Source: Anaerolineae bacterium
GTDB lineage: Bacteria; Chloroflexota; Anaerolineae; CG2-30-64-16
Direction of reading: 5' to 3'
DNA: 64,000 nucleotides
NCBI GenBank assembly: GCA_040772005.1
Contig: JAXGYZ010000002.1
Location: forward strand, 1 to 64,000
Shown: one piece after another, positions 26,538 to 35,806 of the stretch
Layout of the letters: each line of letters starts with the position of its first letter
Numbering within the stretch: position 1 is the first letter of the stretch
The notes under the pieces: generated by a model
The model's input: only the letters and a program-made list of their open reading frames with translations
Told to the model about the DNA's origin: nothing
Database searches by the model: none
Made by a program: the position numbers and the translations under genes

Positions 26538-29500
26538 TCAGAACGATCTCTCGCAAAGCTGCAAGGACCGCCAAAACGACAAGCTGCCCCCGGTCACCGG
26601 CAGCACCAGCGGCGCATTGCTCATGTCCCAGGCAAAGCGCGGCAGCAGTTGGTAGCCGCCGCGATACGGCTCAGCGGCCGCATACTGCCCGCCCACACCG
26701 GTTACGCTCCATGTCTCCCCGATGCGGAAGTAGGGCCGCTGCCAGGTCAGGTCTGCAGCGAAGTAGATGTTGGCGGGGCCGGTCCCATCATCCAGCACGA
26801 CCGCCTGCCGCTCGAAGCGCACAACCCGCCCGCTTACGCTGACCAGCCGACCTTCCTGCGCCTCGCTGAGCAGCCCGGTCGGCACGGTCTCCGGCAGCCG
26901 CGCCGCGCCGGCGTCGAGGCGCGTCAAATAGCTGGCGTCCGGTACGGACAGCTCCGCCTCGCCGTGAAAGTCACGCGTCCACCCCGTCACGCGCACCCGG
27001 TCGCCCAGCGCCAGCGGCGGATACTCGCCGGTGCGCAGATAGACCTTGATGCCGCCCGAATCGTCCTGGATGTAGATCGTCCGCTCCCTGATACCGGGCG
27101 GCAGCGTCACCGCACCGACGAGCGTGACGCGCGTGTCGGCCGGCAGTCGCCGGGCCGCGGCAATCGTCTGGGATGCGGCTACCGCACGCCCTCCGGTGGG
27201 CGAGGCAGCCGGACCCGGCTCGCGCGGCGGCTGGAGCCGGTTGGCGCGGCCCGGTGTGACGAGGCAGTTCTTGGTCCACGCGCCGGTGCCATCGACGGCG
27301 CGGCAGAGGCTCCGGTCGTAGCCAGGGGCAGCGTCATACGCCATCGTGTCCGCGACGCCGTCGTCGGGCCGGCGCAGGCTCACCTGGTCACGATAGTCGC
27401 TGAGCGACAGCCGCGTTTCAGCGCGGAATAACAGCAGGTGTGAGTGCGGCCAGATCACCACACCGAGCGGGAGTGTGTACGCACGCGTATCATCGATTAT
27501 CGACCATCCGCCAAGCTGCACGGGTGCATCGCCCAGGTTATAGAGCTCGACCCACTCATCCATGTAATCTGCCGTGCCGCTGCCGTCCCAATCGCCCGCA
27601 AAGGGATGCGCCAGCACCTCGTTGAGCACCACCCCGTCGGGGAACGGCGTGGCCGTCGGGGCGGTGGCGGTTAGGCTGGCGGTAGGCGTGGGCGTCGCGG
27701 GACCGGGCACATTGGGCCCACGCGGTGAAGGCGGATAGCTGTCGGTCCAAACGCCGGCGCCATCCACGCTGCGGCTGTAACTGGCATCGCGGCGAGGATT
27801 TGCGTAGGCGAATGTATCCATCTCGCGGCCATCGGGCGCGAGCAGCCGTGCGGTGTCCGCGTCCTGGTTGAGCGCGACGCCGCTGGTCGAGCGGTGGATG
27901 ACCAGGTAGCCGCGGCCTGGAATCACCGTGCCCGTGGGCAGCGTATAGGGCGCCGTTCCGCCGCCCGCGAGGTCATCGAGCTGCCAGCCGGCCAGGTCGA
28001 CCGGCTCCGATTCCAGGCTGTAGAGCTCGACCCACTCATCATAAGCATTCACCGTACCATCTCCATCCCAGTCCACCGCGTCAGGTCGCGGCAGAACTTC
28101 GTTCAGGCGGATAAGGGGCAGCAGGACGGTGGAGCGCGTCGCGGTGGGCGTGGGTGTCACAGTGGGCGTGAAGGTCGGTGAGGGCGTCAGGCCGGGTGGA
28201 AGGGTTGGCGTAACGGTCGGCGTCGGAGTTTCGCCAGGCGTTTCGGTCGCCGCAGGCGTCGATGTGGCGGTCATCGTCCCGGTGGCTGTCGGTGTCGGTG
28301 TGGCCGCACGGCCCGGCCCACCCGGGTTCGGCGGATCCTGGGCAACCCAGTCAGCCGCCGTGTCCGTGTCACGATCGGCGGGCACGCGCGCCAGTGATTG
28401 TCCTGCCGGGACATCGGCACACGGCGGCTGGAAGGCAGCGCTGTTATCGCCGTAGCTGAGCGCGTCGAGCAACTGGCCGTCCGGCGCGAGCAGCCGCACT
28501 GCGTCTCCCGTATTGCTGAGGCCATTGCCGATGGGCGCTTCCAGGCTCACCAGTTCACCGGTGAAGCCGGGATGGTCGGCGAGGAACTCGCCGCGGTAGG
28601 CGGCTACGACCAGATAGTGCCCCGGCAGCAGCCGGTAAGATGGCAGCGGGCTGGCGCCGGTCGCGTCGGCGATCTGCCAACCGGCCAGTTCAGCCGCAGT
28701 GTCCCCGACGTTGAAGAGCTCGACAAATTCCCAGTCCGCATCCGCGCCAACTTGCCACGGGTCATACAGCACCTCGCTGAGCAACACGCGCGGCCAGGGC
28801 CCGGCGGCCGGCGTCGCAGTGGCGGTTGCAGATGGAGTCTCGCTCGGCGTGATGCCGGGAACGACCGTAGATGTGGGCGTGGGCGAAAGCTGGAGCGCCT
28901 GCTCACCGAAGTTGTGCCCCGCGCTGACCTGCCCCACGCCAACCGTCGCGCTGCGTTCGTCAGCCGTCGTGCTGACATAGCCCGCGGGCTGGCTCTCGGT
29001 GACGACATAGCTGCCGGGCGCGAGGTCCGCGAACGCGTACCAGCCGCTCGCAAGGGTGTGCGTCGTGCGCCCGCCGGTCAGGGTGAGCAGCACATCCGCG
29101 ATGCCCGCCTCGCCCGCATCACGCACGCGGTTGGCGTTGCTGTCCTCATAGACGTATCCCTCGATCTGTGCAGTGTGGTTGGCGGCTCCCGGCGAGCCGC
29201 TGTCGCCCGCGCTGCCCGGCCAGGGCATGATGGCGACCCGCCAGTTGGCCCCCACGCTGTTGTCCAGGTTAGGGCGCACCAGTTGCATGGACGCGCCGCT
29301 GGGGTTGGGGAAGGTCAACCCGCCGTCGTAGGCCACGCGATCCACCTCACGGCCGGCCGGATCCAGCAGGATGACCTCATCCGCATCGTTGCCGAGCGTG
29401 AATCCGCTGTAGCGATAGGCGAGCGTCACGCCCCCGTTGGCCGCAGCGTCAGCATTACGGCCGAGCACCATGTAACCGCCCGGCGCCAACCACAGCGGTC

Positions 29501-30347
29501 CGCCATTGTTGATCGTGTGATGGTCCGACCCGGCATCACGTAGCTCCCAGCCGTTGAGGTCCACGGCGGTTGCGCCGGCATTATGGAGCTCGACAAACTC
29601 GCCCGCGATATCGCCAACCGCCTGCGGATTCTGCATGATTTCGTTGATGACGATGGCACCAGCGGGGACGGCAGTTGGCGTAACGGTGGGCGTCATCGCC
29701 GGAGTGGCAGTCAGCGTCGCCGTAGGCGACGCGACCTCGGTAGGCGTGGCCGTGGGCACTGTGCCGGCGGTCCCCGGGTCCGGCACGGGTTGATCGATCC
29801 AATCCGCCGCGGTATCCGTATCGCGGCCCGGCGGCACGCGCGCCAGGCTGTGCCCCTCCAACACATCGGGACACGCGGGCGCGAACACCGAGGCATCCGC
29901 ACCATAGCTGAGTGCGTCCACCGCCGCGCCCGCGGGGTCCAACAGCAGGAGCGTATCTCCGCTGTTGCTGAGACCATTGCCGATCGGGCTGCCGAGATCG
30001 ATCAGGCTGCCGGTGTAAGTTGGATAGGCGGCATGGAAGGTCGCCGCACTCGTCGCGACCACCACATAGGCGCCCGGCGCGAGCACGTAATCGGGCAGTA
30101 CGTCCTGGCTGATGCCATCTCGGAGCAGCCAGCCGGCCAGGCTCACAGGCGCGGCGGTCGGATTCAGCAGCTCAATCCATTCCCCACCCGGTTCCTCGCC
30201 GGGCGGATCATAGACGACCTCCGAAATGAGCAGATGATCGGCAGCCTGGGCCTGGATGAGGGGCGGCACAGCGGATAACAGCAAAATGCAGACGAAAACC
30301 AGGGGCAGCATCCCCCAATGGGGGCGGACAACGCGACAGTGCGTCAT
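26538..30347 (-). CDS. Very large secreted protein with about 5 lamin-tail-domain (LTD) repeats, an SdrD-B/Cna-B-like domain, PT-rich linkers and a C-terminal OB-fold-like module
   Basis: Signal peptide MLPLVFVCILLLSAVPPLIQAQA. Repeated LLISEVVYDP...EWIELLN...LAGWLLRD blocks (LTD). IEGYVYEDSNANRVRDAGEAGIADVLLTLT (SdrD B-like). No endonuclease/EEP domain detected. The start is taken at MTHCRV (30347). Confidence 0.65.
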   Translation of the reverse strand: MTHCRVVRPHWGMLPLVFVCILLLSAVPPLIQAQAADHLLISEVVYDPPGEEPGGEWIELLNPTAAPVSLAGWLLRDGISQDVLPDYVLAPGAYVVVATSAATFHAAYPTYTGSLIDLGSPIGNGLSNSGDTLLLLDPAGAAVDALSYGADASVFAPACPDVLEGHSLARVPPGRDTDTAADWIDQPVPDPGTAGTVPTATPTEVASPTATLTATPAMTPTVTPTAVPAGAIVINEIMQNPQAVGDIAGEFVELHNAGATAVDLNGWELRDAGSDHHTINNGGPLWLAPGGYMVLGRNADAAANGGVTLAYRYSGFTLGNDADEVILLDPAGREVDRVAYDGGLTFPNPSGASMQLVRPNLDNSVGANWRVAIMPWPGSAGDSGSPGAANHTAQIEGYVYEDSNANRVRDAGEAGIADVLLTLTGGRTTHTLASGWYAFADLAPGSYVVTESQPAGYVSTTADERSATVGVGQVSAGHNFGEQALQLSPTPTSTVVPGITPSETPSATATATPAAGPWPRVLLSEVLYDPWQVGADADWEFVELFNVGDTAAELAGWQIADATGASPLPSYRLLPGHYLVVAAYRGEFLADHPGFTGELVSLEAPIGNGLSNTGDAVRLLAPDGQLLDALSYGDNSAAFQPPCADVPAGQSLARVPADRDTDTAADWVAQDPPNPGGPGRAATPTPTATGTMTATSTPAATETPGETPTPTVTPTLPPGLTPSPTFTPTVTPTPTATRSTVLLPLIRLNEVLPRPDAVDWDGDGTVNAYDEWVELYSLESEPVDLAGWQLDDLAGGGTAPYTLPTGTVIPGRGYLVIHRSTSGVALNQDADTARLLAPDGREMDTFAYANPRRDASYSRSVDGAGVWTDSYPPSPRGPNVPGPATPTPTASLTATAPTATPFPDGVVLNEVLAHPFAGDWDGSGTADYMDEWVELYNLGDAPVQLGGWSIIDDTRAYTLPLGVVIWPHSHLLLFRAETRLSLSDYRDQVSLRRPDDGVADTMAYDAAPGYDRSLCRAVDGTGAWTKNCLVTPGRANRLQPPREPGPAASPTGGRAVAASQTIAAARRLPADTRVTLVGAVTLPPGIRERTIYIQDDSGGIKVYLRTGEYPPLALGDRVRVTGWTRDFHGEAELSVPDASYLTRLDAGAARLPETVPTGLLSEAQEGRLVSVSGRVVRFERQAVVLDDGTGPANIYFAADLTWQRPYFRIGETWSVTGVGGQYAAAEPYRGGYQLLPRFAWDMSNAPLVLPVTGGSLSFWRSLQLCERSF

Positions 30348-30463
30348 GGCGGCCTTCCTTCCGTGCGGTGTGAGCGGCGGCGGCGAGGGTAGTGCGGGAA
30401 GAAGGAAGCTTCCGACAGGATTATAGGATGGCTGTTGCGGTCGTGTCAAATTGAACACAACAA

Positions 30464-30497
30464 AAAGGCCCACCGGATGCGGTGGGCCTTTCAGACC
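30464..30497 (-). terminator. Rho-independent terminator downstream of sigA (minus strand)
   Basis: Minus-strand GGCCCACCGCATCCGGTGGGCC followed by TTTTTG. Confidence 0.8.
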
Positions 30498-30508
30498 GAA
30501 AGCTGTCG

Positions 30509-31735
30509 TCAGGACAGATAATCGCGCAGCTTGCGGCTGCGACTGGGATGGCGAAGCCGGCCCAGCGCCTGCGCCTCGATCTGGCGGATGCGCTCGCGCG
30601 TAACGCCGAACTTCTTGCCGACTTCTTCTAAAGTGTACGAATAACCGTCCACCAGCCCGAAGCGCAACTGGAGGATGCGGACCTCGCGCGGGGTCAGTGA
30701 CTCGAAGATTTCGTCGATGACCTGGCGCAGCATCGTCTGCGAGGCCGAATCGGTCGGGCTTTCCGCCTCGTCATCTTCGATGAAGTCGCCCAGGTAGCTG
30801 TCCTCTTCCTCACCGACGGGCATTTCCAACGATAGGGGCCGCTGCGAAACGCGGATGATCTGCTCCACCTTGCGCGGAGGCACGCCCAGGCGTTCAGCGA
30901 TTTCTTCGGTTGTCGGATCGCGGCCCAATTCCTGCACGAGCTGGCGGCTCGTGCGGGTCAGCCGGTTGATCTGCTCATACATATGCACGGGCACGCGGAT
31001 GGTGCGGCCCTGATCTGCGATGGCGCGCGTGACCGCCTGGCGAATCCACCAGGTCGCGTAGGTGCTGAACTTGTAGCCCCGCCGGTAGTCGAACTTCTTG
31101 ACCGCCCGAATCAGGCCGATGTTCCCCTCCTGAATCAAATCCAGGAAAGGCACGCCCCGACCGACGTACTTCTTCGCAACGCTCACGACGAGGCGCGAAT
31201 TCGCCTTGATGAGATGTTCCTGCGCAGCCTGCCCGTCCTTGACGGCCAGCAGCAGCTTATCGCGCTCGTCCAGGTCATCGACGCCCAGCGTCAGCTTCTG
31301 CCGCGCTTCCCGGCCGCGTTCCATCCGCTTGGCCAGAGACACTTCTTCCTCTGCCGTCAGCAGCGGAACGCGCCCGATCTCCTTGAGGTACAGGCTGATG
31401 GAGTCGTCGATGTCGATGAGGTCCAGGTCGATATCCAGTTCCGCAGGCTCATGGCTTTCCTCATCCGCGCCGTCCTCGTTGTCATCGCCTTCGCGGAACG
31501 CGCTGACCTCAATGCCCTGCTCGAAGAGATTGGCAAACAGATCCTCTAGTTGCTCCATATTAGCTTCGGCTTCCGGGAACGCGTTGAGCACATCATCGTA
31601 CGTCACGAAACCCTGGTCGCGCCCCAGCATCACCAGTTGTTCGGTGGCTTCCGCCGACCGCTGGCCGATGTCGTCCTGAAACTCCCCGTCGGGACGCAGT
31701 TCACTTTCGTCTTCAAATGGTGCGCTCATCCGCAC
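30509..31735 (-). CDS. sigA: Primary RNA polymerase sigma factor (sigma-70, group 1)
   Basis: Regions 1.2-4 present. Motifs [56 protein letters not shown], and [30 protein letters not shown]. Confidence 0.9.
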   Translation of the reverse strand: MRMSAPFEDESELRPDGEFQDDIGQRSAEATEQLVMLGRDQGFVTYDDVLNAFPEAEANMEQLEDLFANLFEQGIEVSAFREGDDNEDGADEESHEPAELDIDLDLIDIDDSISLYLKEIGRVPLLTAEEEVSLAKRMERGREARQKLTLGVDDLDERDKLLLAVKDGQAAQEHLIKANSRLVVSVAKKYVGRGVPFLDLIQEGNIGLIRAVKKFDYRRGYKFSTYATWWIRQAVTRAIADQGRTIRVPVHMYEQINRLTRTSRQLVQELGRDPTTEEIAERLGVPPRKVEQIIRVSQRPLSLEMPVGEEEDSYLGDFIEDDEAESPTDSASQTMLRQVIDEIFESLTPREVRILQLRFGLVDGYSYTLEEVGKKFGVTRERIRQIEAQALGRLRHPSRSRKLRDYLS

Positions 31736-31931
31736 ACTCCTTCACGCGCTGCGATCCATGAATTGTCAGCTTGTAGTGGCCCGCCCGCAGCCGTACCGGC
31801 TTACTGCCCGTACCGTCAGGTTTTCTCACCGCAAGGTAATGCCGGTGAGATGATGTCGTGATGTGCTGTTCTTCGCTCTATTGTACTCCGGCAAGTCAAG
31901 ACATAACGTGGTCTATGTTACCAGTCCGCAT

Positions 31932-32858
31932 TTATTCGCCGGGCCCAGTGGGTGCCTTGACCGGTGTCTTGAAATCGTAGATGCCGTCATCGATCCCCCA
32001 GACGGCCGCGCATCCCTGGCAGACCAGGGTCGCGCCCTGCGCCTCCAGGTGGGGGCTGCGACACGCCGGACAGGCAAACAATCCAGCCCCAGCCTCAGAA
32101 CCCATCTCTGCTTTGCCGCCCTGCGCCCGGGTGCGCAGGAACACGCTCGGCGTCAGCTTCCAGGCCGCGCCTACGCGCTGCAATGCGCCGTCCGCAGCCG
32201 CCAGCAGGCGCGGCGGCACCAGCCGCTTGAACAAAGGGAAGCGAAAGTGTGAAACGGCCAGGCCCTCTTCCACGATAAGGCCGGCGCCGGCCAGCTTCTC
32301 CGCCATCCAACGCGGATGAAAGTCGAAATTCAAGGGCACGAACTCATAGGGCTCGCCAGCGAAGGGCGACCAACTCTGGCGCCGCAGCAGATACCGGGCA
32401 ATGGATTTCAGGTTCCGCTTGTTCGCATATTCCAGGACATATGCGCCGCCAGGTCGGAGGAGGTTATGGATGCCACGAAAGGCTGCCGGCACGTCAATCA
32501 GGTGGTGCAGCACGCGCACGGTGACGACGGTGTCGCAGGCGCCGTGCGCCAGGGGCAGTTGATAGAGGTCCGCCGCGACGTAGATGAACTTGCCCGACCG
32601 TCCTAGCCTTTGCTGCGCCTCGCGCAGCCCCGACTTGGCATAGTCGAGCAGGATGATCTGTTCGTAGCCCGCGTACAGGTCGGTGAGACGGCCGAACCCG
32701 GCCCCGATTTCGAGGATGCGGCGGCCACCGGGCGGCAACAGCCTGCGCAACGCAATGCGCTCGGCCAGGTCCTCGTATTCGCGGCCCTGACCTTCCCAGA
32801 AACGAGCGCGATAGCTCGTTCCCTCGTAATCACAGATTGCTCGCGGCTGATCCAACAC
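31932..32858 (-). CDS. Class I SAM-dependent methyltransferase with a C-terminal Trm112-like zinc-ribbon
   Basis: Motif I ILEIGAGFGRL, followed by a C-terminal CPACRSP...LVCQGCAAVWGIDDGIYDF. Confidence 0.6.
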   Translation of the reverse strand: MLDQPRAICDYEGTSYRARFWEGQGREYEDLAERIALRRLLPPGGRRILEIGAGFGRLTDLYAGYEQIILLDYAKSGLREAQQRLGRSGKFIYVAADLYQLPLAHGACDTVVTVRVLHHLIDVPAAFRGIHNLLRPGGAYVLEYANKRNLKSIARYLLRRQSWSPFAGEPYEFVPLNFDFHPRWMAEKLAGAGLIVEEGLAVSHFRFPLFKRLVPPRLLAAADGALQRVGAAWKLTPSVFLRTRAQGGKAEMGSEAGAGLFACPACRSPHLEAQGATLVCQGCAAVWGIDDGIYDFKTPVKAPTGPGE

Positions 32859-32888
32859 TCGCTCCGCGCCAGGCAGGATGATCTTTAC

Positions 32889-32943
32889 TGTTTCACGTGA
32901 AACATTGGGCGTTTGAACCGGTACTGTTGTTTCACGTGAAACA
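32889..32943. promoter_or_regulatory. Two copies of the 16-bp perfect palindrome TGTTTCACGTGAAACA (32889-32904 and 32928-32943, 39 bp centre to centre); candidate operator pair
   Basis: Read directly. They lie between a minus-strand extended -10 (TGcTATAAT, around 33033-33041) and the start of the methyltransferase gene. Confidence 0.5.
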
Positions 32944-33137
32944 ACAGCCCGTCTGGGGCCACACAGCGTTCCATTTAACAGAAATGGGCGGTGGCTAACC
33001 CACCGCCCATTCGGGCTTGCGTTGCTGCGCCATTATTATAGCATGCCGTGTCAACCCCTGGCGCAACGAAGGTTATAAGCAAAGCAAATAACCGCACCTC
33101 TTTTTTATGATGCGGCTACAGTCCCGGCATGGTCGAC

Positions 33138-33377
33138 CTATGCCGGGCTGCCCGGATTGCGATGGCGGTAGACGATGCGGCCCTTGGTCAGATCATAGGG
33201 CGACAACTCCACGCGCACGCGATCCCCCAACAGGACGCGGATGTAATACTTCCGCATCTTGCCGGAGAGATACGCCAGCACCTCCGGACCATTTTCCAGC
33301 TTCACCCGAAAAGTGGTGTTCGGCAACGCCTCAGTCACCTTACCATCCAGGGTCAGCTTCTCTTCCTGTTTTGCCAT
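33138..33377 (-). CDS. infA: Translation initiation factor IF-1
   Basis: [71 protein letters not shown] is a near-canonical IF-1 S1-fold sequence. Confidence 0.9.
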   Translation of the reverse strand: MAKQEEKLTLDGKVTEALPNTTFRVKLENGPEVLAYLSGKMRKYYIRVLLGDRVRVELSPYDLTKGRIVYRHRNPGSPA

Positions 33378-33480
33378 GCACTCCTGCCTTTACCTTCGAG
33401 ATTGACCGGGACCCGCCGGGAAAGGGGTCGCCACGCAGCCTGTGCTGTCATGGCCGGCTCAGTGCACGCCTGATCGATAT

Positions 33481-33693
33481 CTAGCGTGCGCTCTCGCGCC
33501 CCTCGCGACGTCGTTGTGCCTGTCGCGCCTTACGGATCGCCTTTTGCTTCTTCAAACGCCGCAACTCGCTCGGCGGTGTGAACCACCGCTTCTTGCGCAC
33601 GGTCGGCAGAATCCGCTCCTTCATCACCTCCTTGCGGAAGCGCTTCAGCAGCGACTCCTGGGACTCACCTGTCCGCAATACGACGGTTGCCAT
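33481..33693 (-). CDS. rpsU: 30S ribosomal protein S21
   Basis: MATVVLRTGESQESLLKRFRKEVMKERILPTVRKKRWFTPPSELRRLKKQKAIRKARQ matches the S21 family. The ORF-track N-terminal extension is discarded. Confidence 0.8.
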   Translation of the reverse strand: MATVVLRTGESQESLLKRFRKEVMKERILPTVRKKRWFTPPSELRRLKKQKAIRKARQAQRRREGRESAR

Positions 33694-33959
33694 CTGGAAA
33701 TCACCCCCTCCCCGCCATGACTCGCAGCACACCTGGCGCTTAACAACACGAAACCTCACCTTACGGTGAGGCCCGAAAGCAAACAGCAGTTAACCCGATA
33801 TGGCAGCCACCGAGAGACCCGCGGGCCGCTCGGATAGCGCCGGTTCAACCTATTCTGCTGCTCAGGCCATGTACGCTCCTCGCCAGGAAACGTGTGCTGC
33901 TTCTGGGCCGACAAGAGTATACCTTAGTGCCGGATGAATGTCAAAAAGCGCGGCCCGCT

Positions 33960-34123
33960 CCGGCGCGTTTCATACTGGGGGCGCGGCCAGCGCGCATACG
34001 CGAATGGCGCTGGGCACGGATACACGAATATCCCGCCGCGGCGCACACGATTCGCGTATTCGTGGCGCGCCAGCGCATTCGTTTATCCGCGCTGGCCGCG
34101 CCCCCAACGTGAAACGCACCCGG
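33960..34123 (+). mobile_element. MITE-like non-autonomous element, copy 1: about 164 bp, roughly 35-bp terminal inverted repeats (CCGGxGCGTTTCAyryTGGGGGCGCGGCCAGCGCG), flanking direct repeat CCCGCT
   Basis: The left end CCGGCGCGTTTCATACTGGGGGCGCGGCCAGCGCG is the reverse complement of the right end CGCGCTGGCCGCGCCCCCAACGTGAAACGCACCCGG. A near-identical copy is at 56851-57026. The flanking CCCGCT is duplicated. Confidence 0.8.
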
Positions 34124-34128
34124 CCCGC

Positions 34129-35805
34129 TCAATGTGCCTGATCCTGTGAGCCTGTGGGCCGGCGCAGCGCCTTCATCACCCGCCGCCACGTCTCCTGCAC
34201 GATCGAGACCTCCGTCTCAGGTATCTCGCGCGGCGCGTAACGCGCATCGAGGAACGCCTCCGTCAGCTCATGGACGTCGGTCTCTGCATCAGGCCACGCG
34301 GTCTCCAGGTCACGCTCATACTCCAGCGGCGTCTTGTGCGCCGGCCGCCCCAGGCCGCGGTCCGCCGCGCGCTCCGCGGCACGCAGATAGTAGTAGCGCA
34401 CCTTTTCGCGCGCGGCCATACGATCCAGGCGGGCCCGCCGTGGCCGCCCCAACGCCAGTTCCCCGGCCCGGCTGCGGCGCAGGCGCTCGCGCAACGCGCC
34501 CAACCCACTTTGCAGGGCCGCATCCAACTGTGACTTGCGCGCCCGCCACCAATAACGCAGGTTGTAGGCCCAGACGAACCAGCGCCCCTTCAGCAGGCCG
34601 TGGCCGCGCAGGAAGTTGAACAGCAGATAGCCGCCGACCAGGGCCACCACCACCCACACCACGGCCCCGCGCACCCAATCGGGTATCTGCATTTGGCTGA
34701 TCATCTCGGTCTGCGTCGGCAGCTCCAGCGGCGCAGGCGCAGCCGCCGGCGCACTCTCACCATCCGCAAACAGCCAGCGCAGCGGGTAGAGCAGCAGCGA
34801 CAGCAGCGCCGAGAGCAGGAAACTGACCACCATGCCCGCCCGCACCAGCAGCGCCAGCAGCCACTCCAGCGCGCGCGTCAGCGGCCCGGTCGAGCCGATC
34901 GGCAGCAGCAGCGCGACCGCAGCCACGGCCAGCAGCACGAACAGGCTGTTCCAGTGCCAGCGCCGGAACACAGGTGCAGCCACCTCGACGCGCTGGTTGT
35001 ACCACTGCCCGCGCAACACGGCCAGCCGGGCATCGCTGAGCAGGAAAAGGCCGGCCAGGAAATAACACAGCATCCCGACCAGGACATCCGGCGGCAGGCC
35101 GAGCTCGCCCAGGCCAAACCGCAGCGACCGCCCGCCCTCGCTGATATTGACGCGCGACAGGCCCGCCAGGAGGACCATAGGCAGCCCGCCCCACGTCCAG
35201 CGCGTGGCAAAACGCACGAGGATATCCTGCCGCGAGACGGGGCGGACCGCCCGATAGTGGCTCTCCGGCTCACCCCACGCATGGCTCTCCCGCGCGGCAA
35301 CCTCGTCCGACTGGATGGCAAGTTCCTGGAAATCCGAGGTCACCGCAACGGCTAACACCCACGCCAGCACTACCAGCACCCCAACGAGCAGCATCTGCGC
35401 GCTGAGGAACGCGCCGGGATGCCGCAGCCAGAGGCCCAGGTCCGCGGCGGTCGGCCAGCCCGTCGAGAACATGAACATGCTGAGACGGGTCAGCACTACG
35501 AGCAGCAGGATCTCGCCCAGGCGAAACACCACCCCGCGGCGGTCGCGCAGCTCAGGCCGGCCCAGCCGCAGCGTCGTGATGACGCCCAACAGGCCGGCGA
35601 AGACCGCCAGAGGGAATGCATAGTCGAGCCGCCAGTCACTCACCGCCCGGATGACAGCTACCGGCGCAACGACGGTGCTGCCGGCCAGCAGGCCGATGGC
35701 CAACGCCCGAAACGCGCCGGTGCGCCAGGTCGTATCCTCGAACCCGAGCCAGGGGCGGGCCGGCGGCGTGTCCGATGGCAGTATGGATGGGCCGGGAGGT
35801 CTCAT
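34129..35805 (-). CDS. Polytopic membrane protein with a C-terminal DUF4129-like domain
   Basis: Multiple TM helices. C-terminal AREKVRYYYLRAAERAADRGLGRPAHKTPLEYERDLE resembles DUF4129. Confidence 0.55.
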   Translation of the reverse strand: MRPPGPSILPSDTPPARPWLGFEDTTWRTGAFRALAIGLLAGSTVVAPVAVIRAVSDWRLDYAFPLAVFAGLLGVITTLRLGRPELRDRRGVVFRLGEILLLVVLTRLSMFMFSTGWPTAADLGLWLRHPGAFLSAQMLLVGVLVVLAWVLAVAVTSDFQELAIQSDEVAARESHAWGEPESHYRAVRPVSRQDILVRFATRWTWGGLPMVLLAGLSRVNISEGGRSLRFGLGELGLPPDVLVGMLCYFLAGLFLLSDARLAVLRGQWYNQRVEVAAPVFRRWHWNSLFVLLAVAAVALLLPIGSTGPLTRALEWLLALLVRAGMVVSFLLSALLSLLLYPLRWLFADGESAPAAAPAPLELPTQTEMISQMQIPDWVRGAVVWVVVALVGGYLLFNFLRGHGLLKGRWFVWAYNLRYWWRARKSQLDAALQSGLGALRERLRRSRAGELALGRPRRARLDRMAAREKVRYYYLRAAERAADRGLGRPAHKTPLEYERDLETAWPDAETDVHELTEAFLDARYAPREIPETEVSIVQETWRRVMKALRRPTGSQDQAH

Positions 35806-35806
35806 A

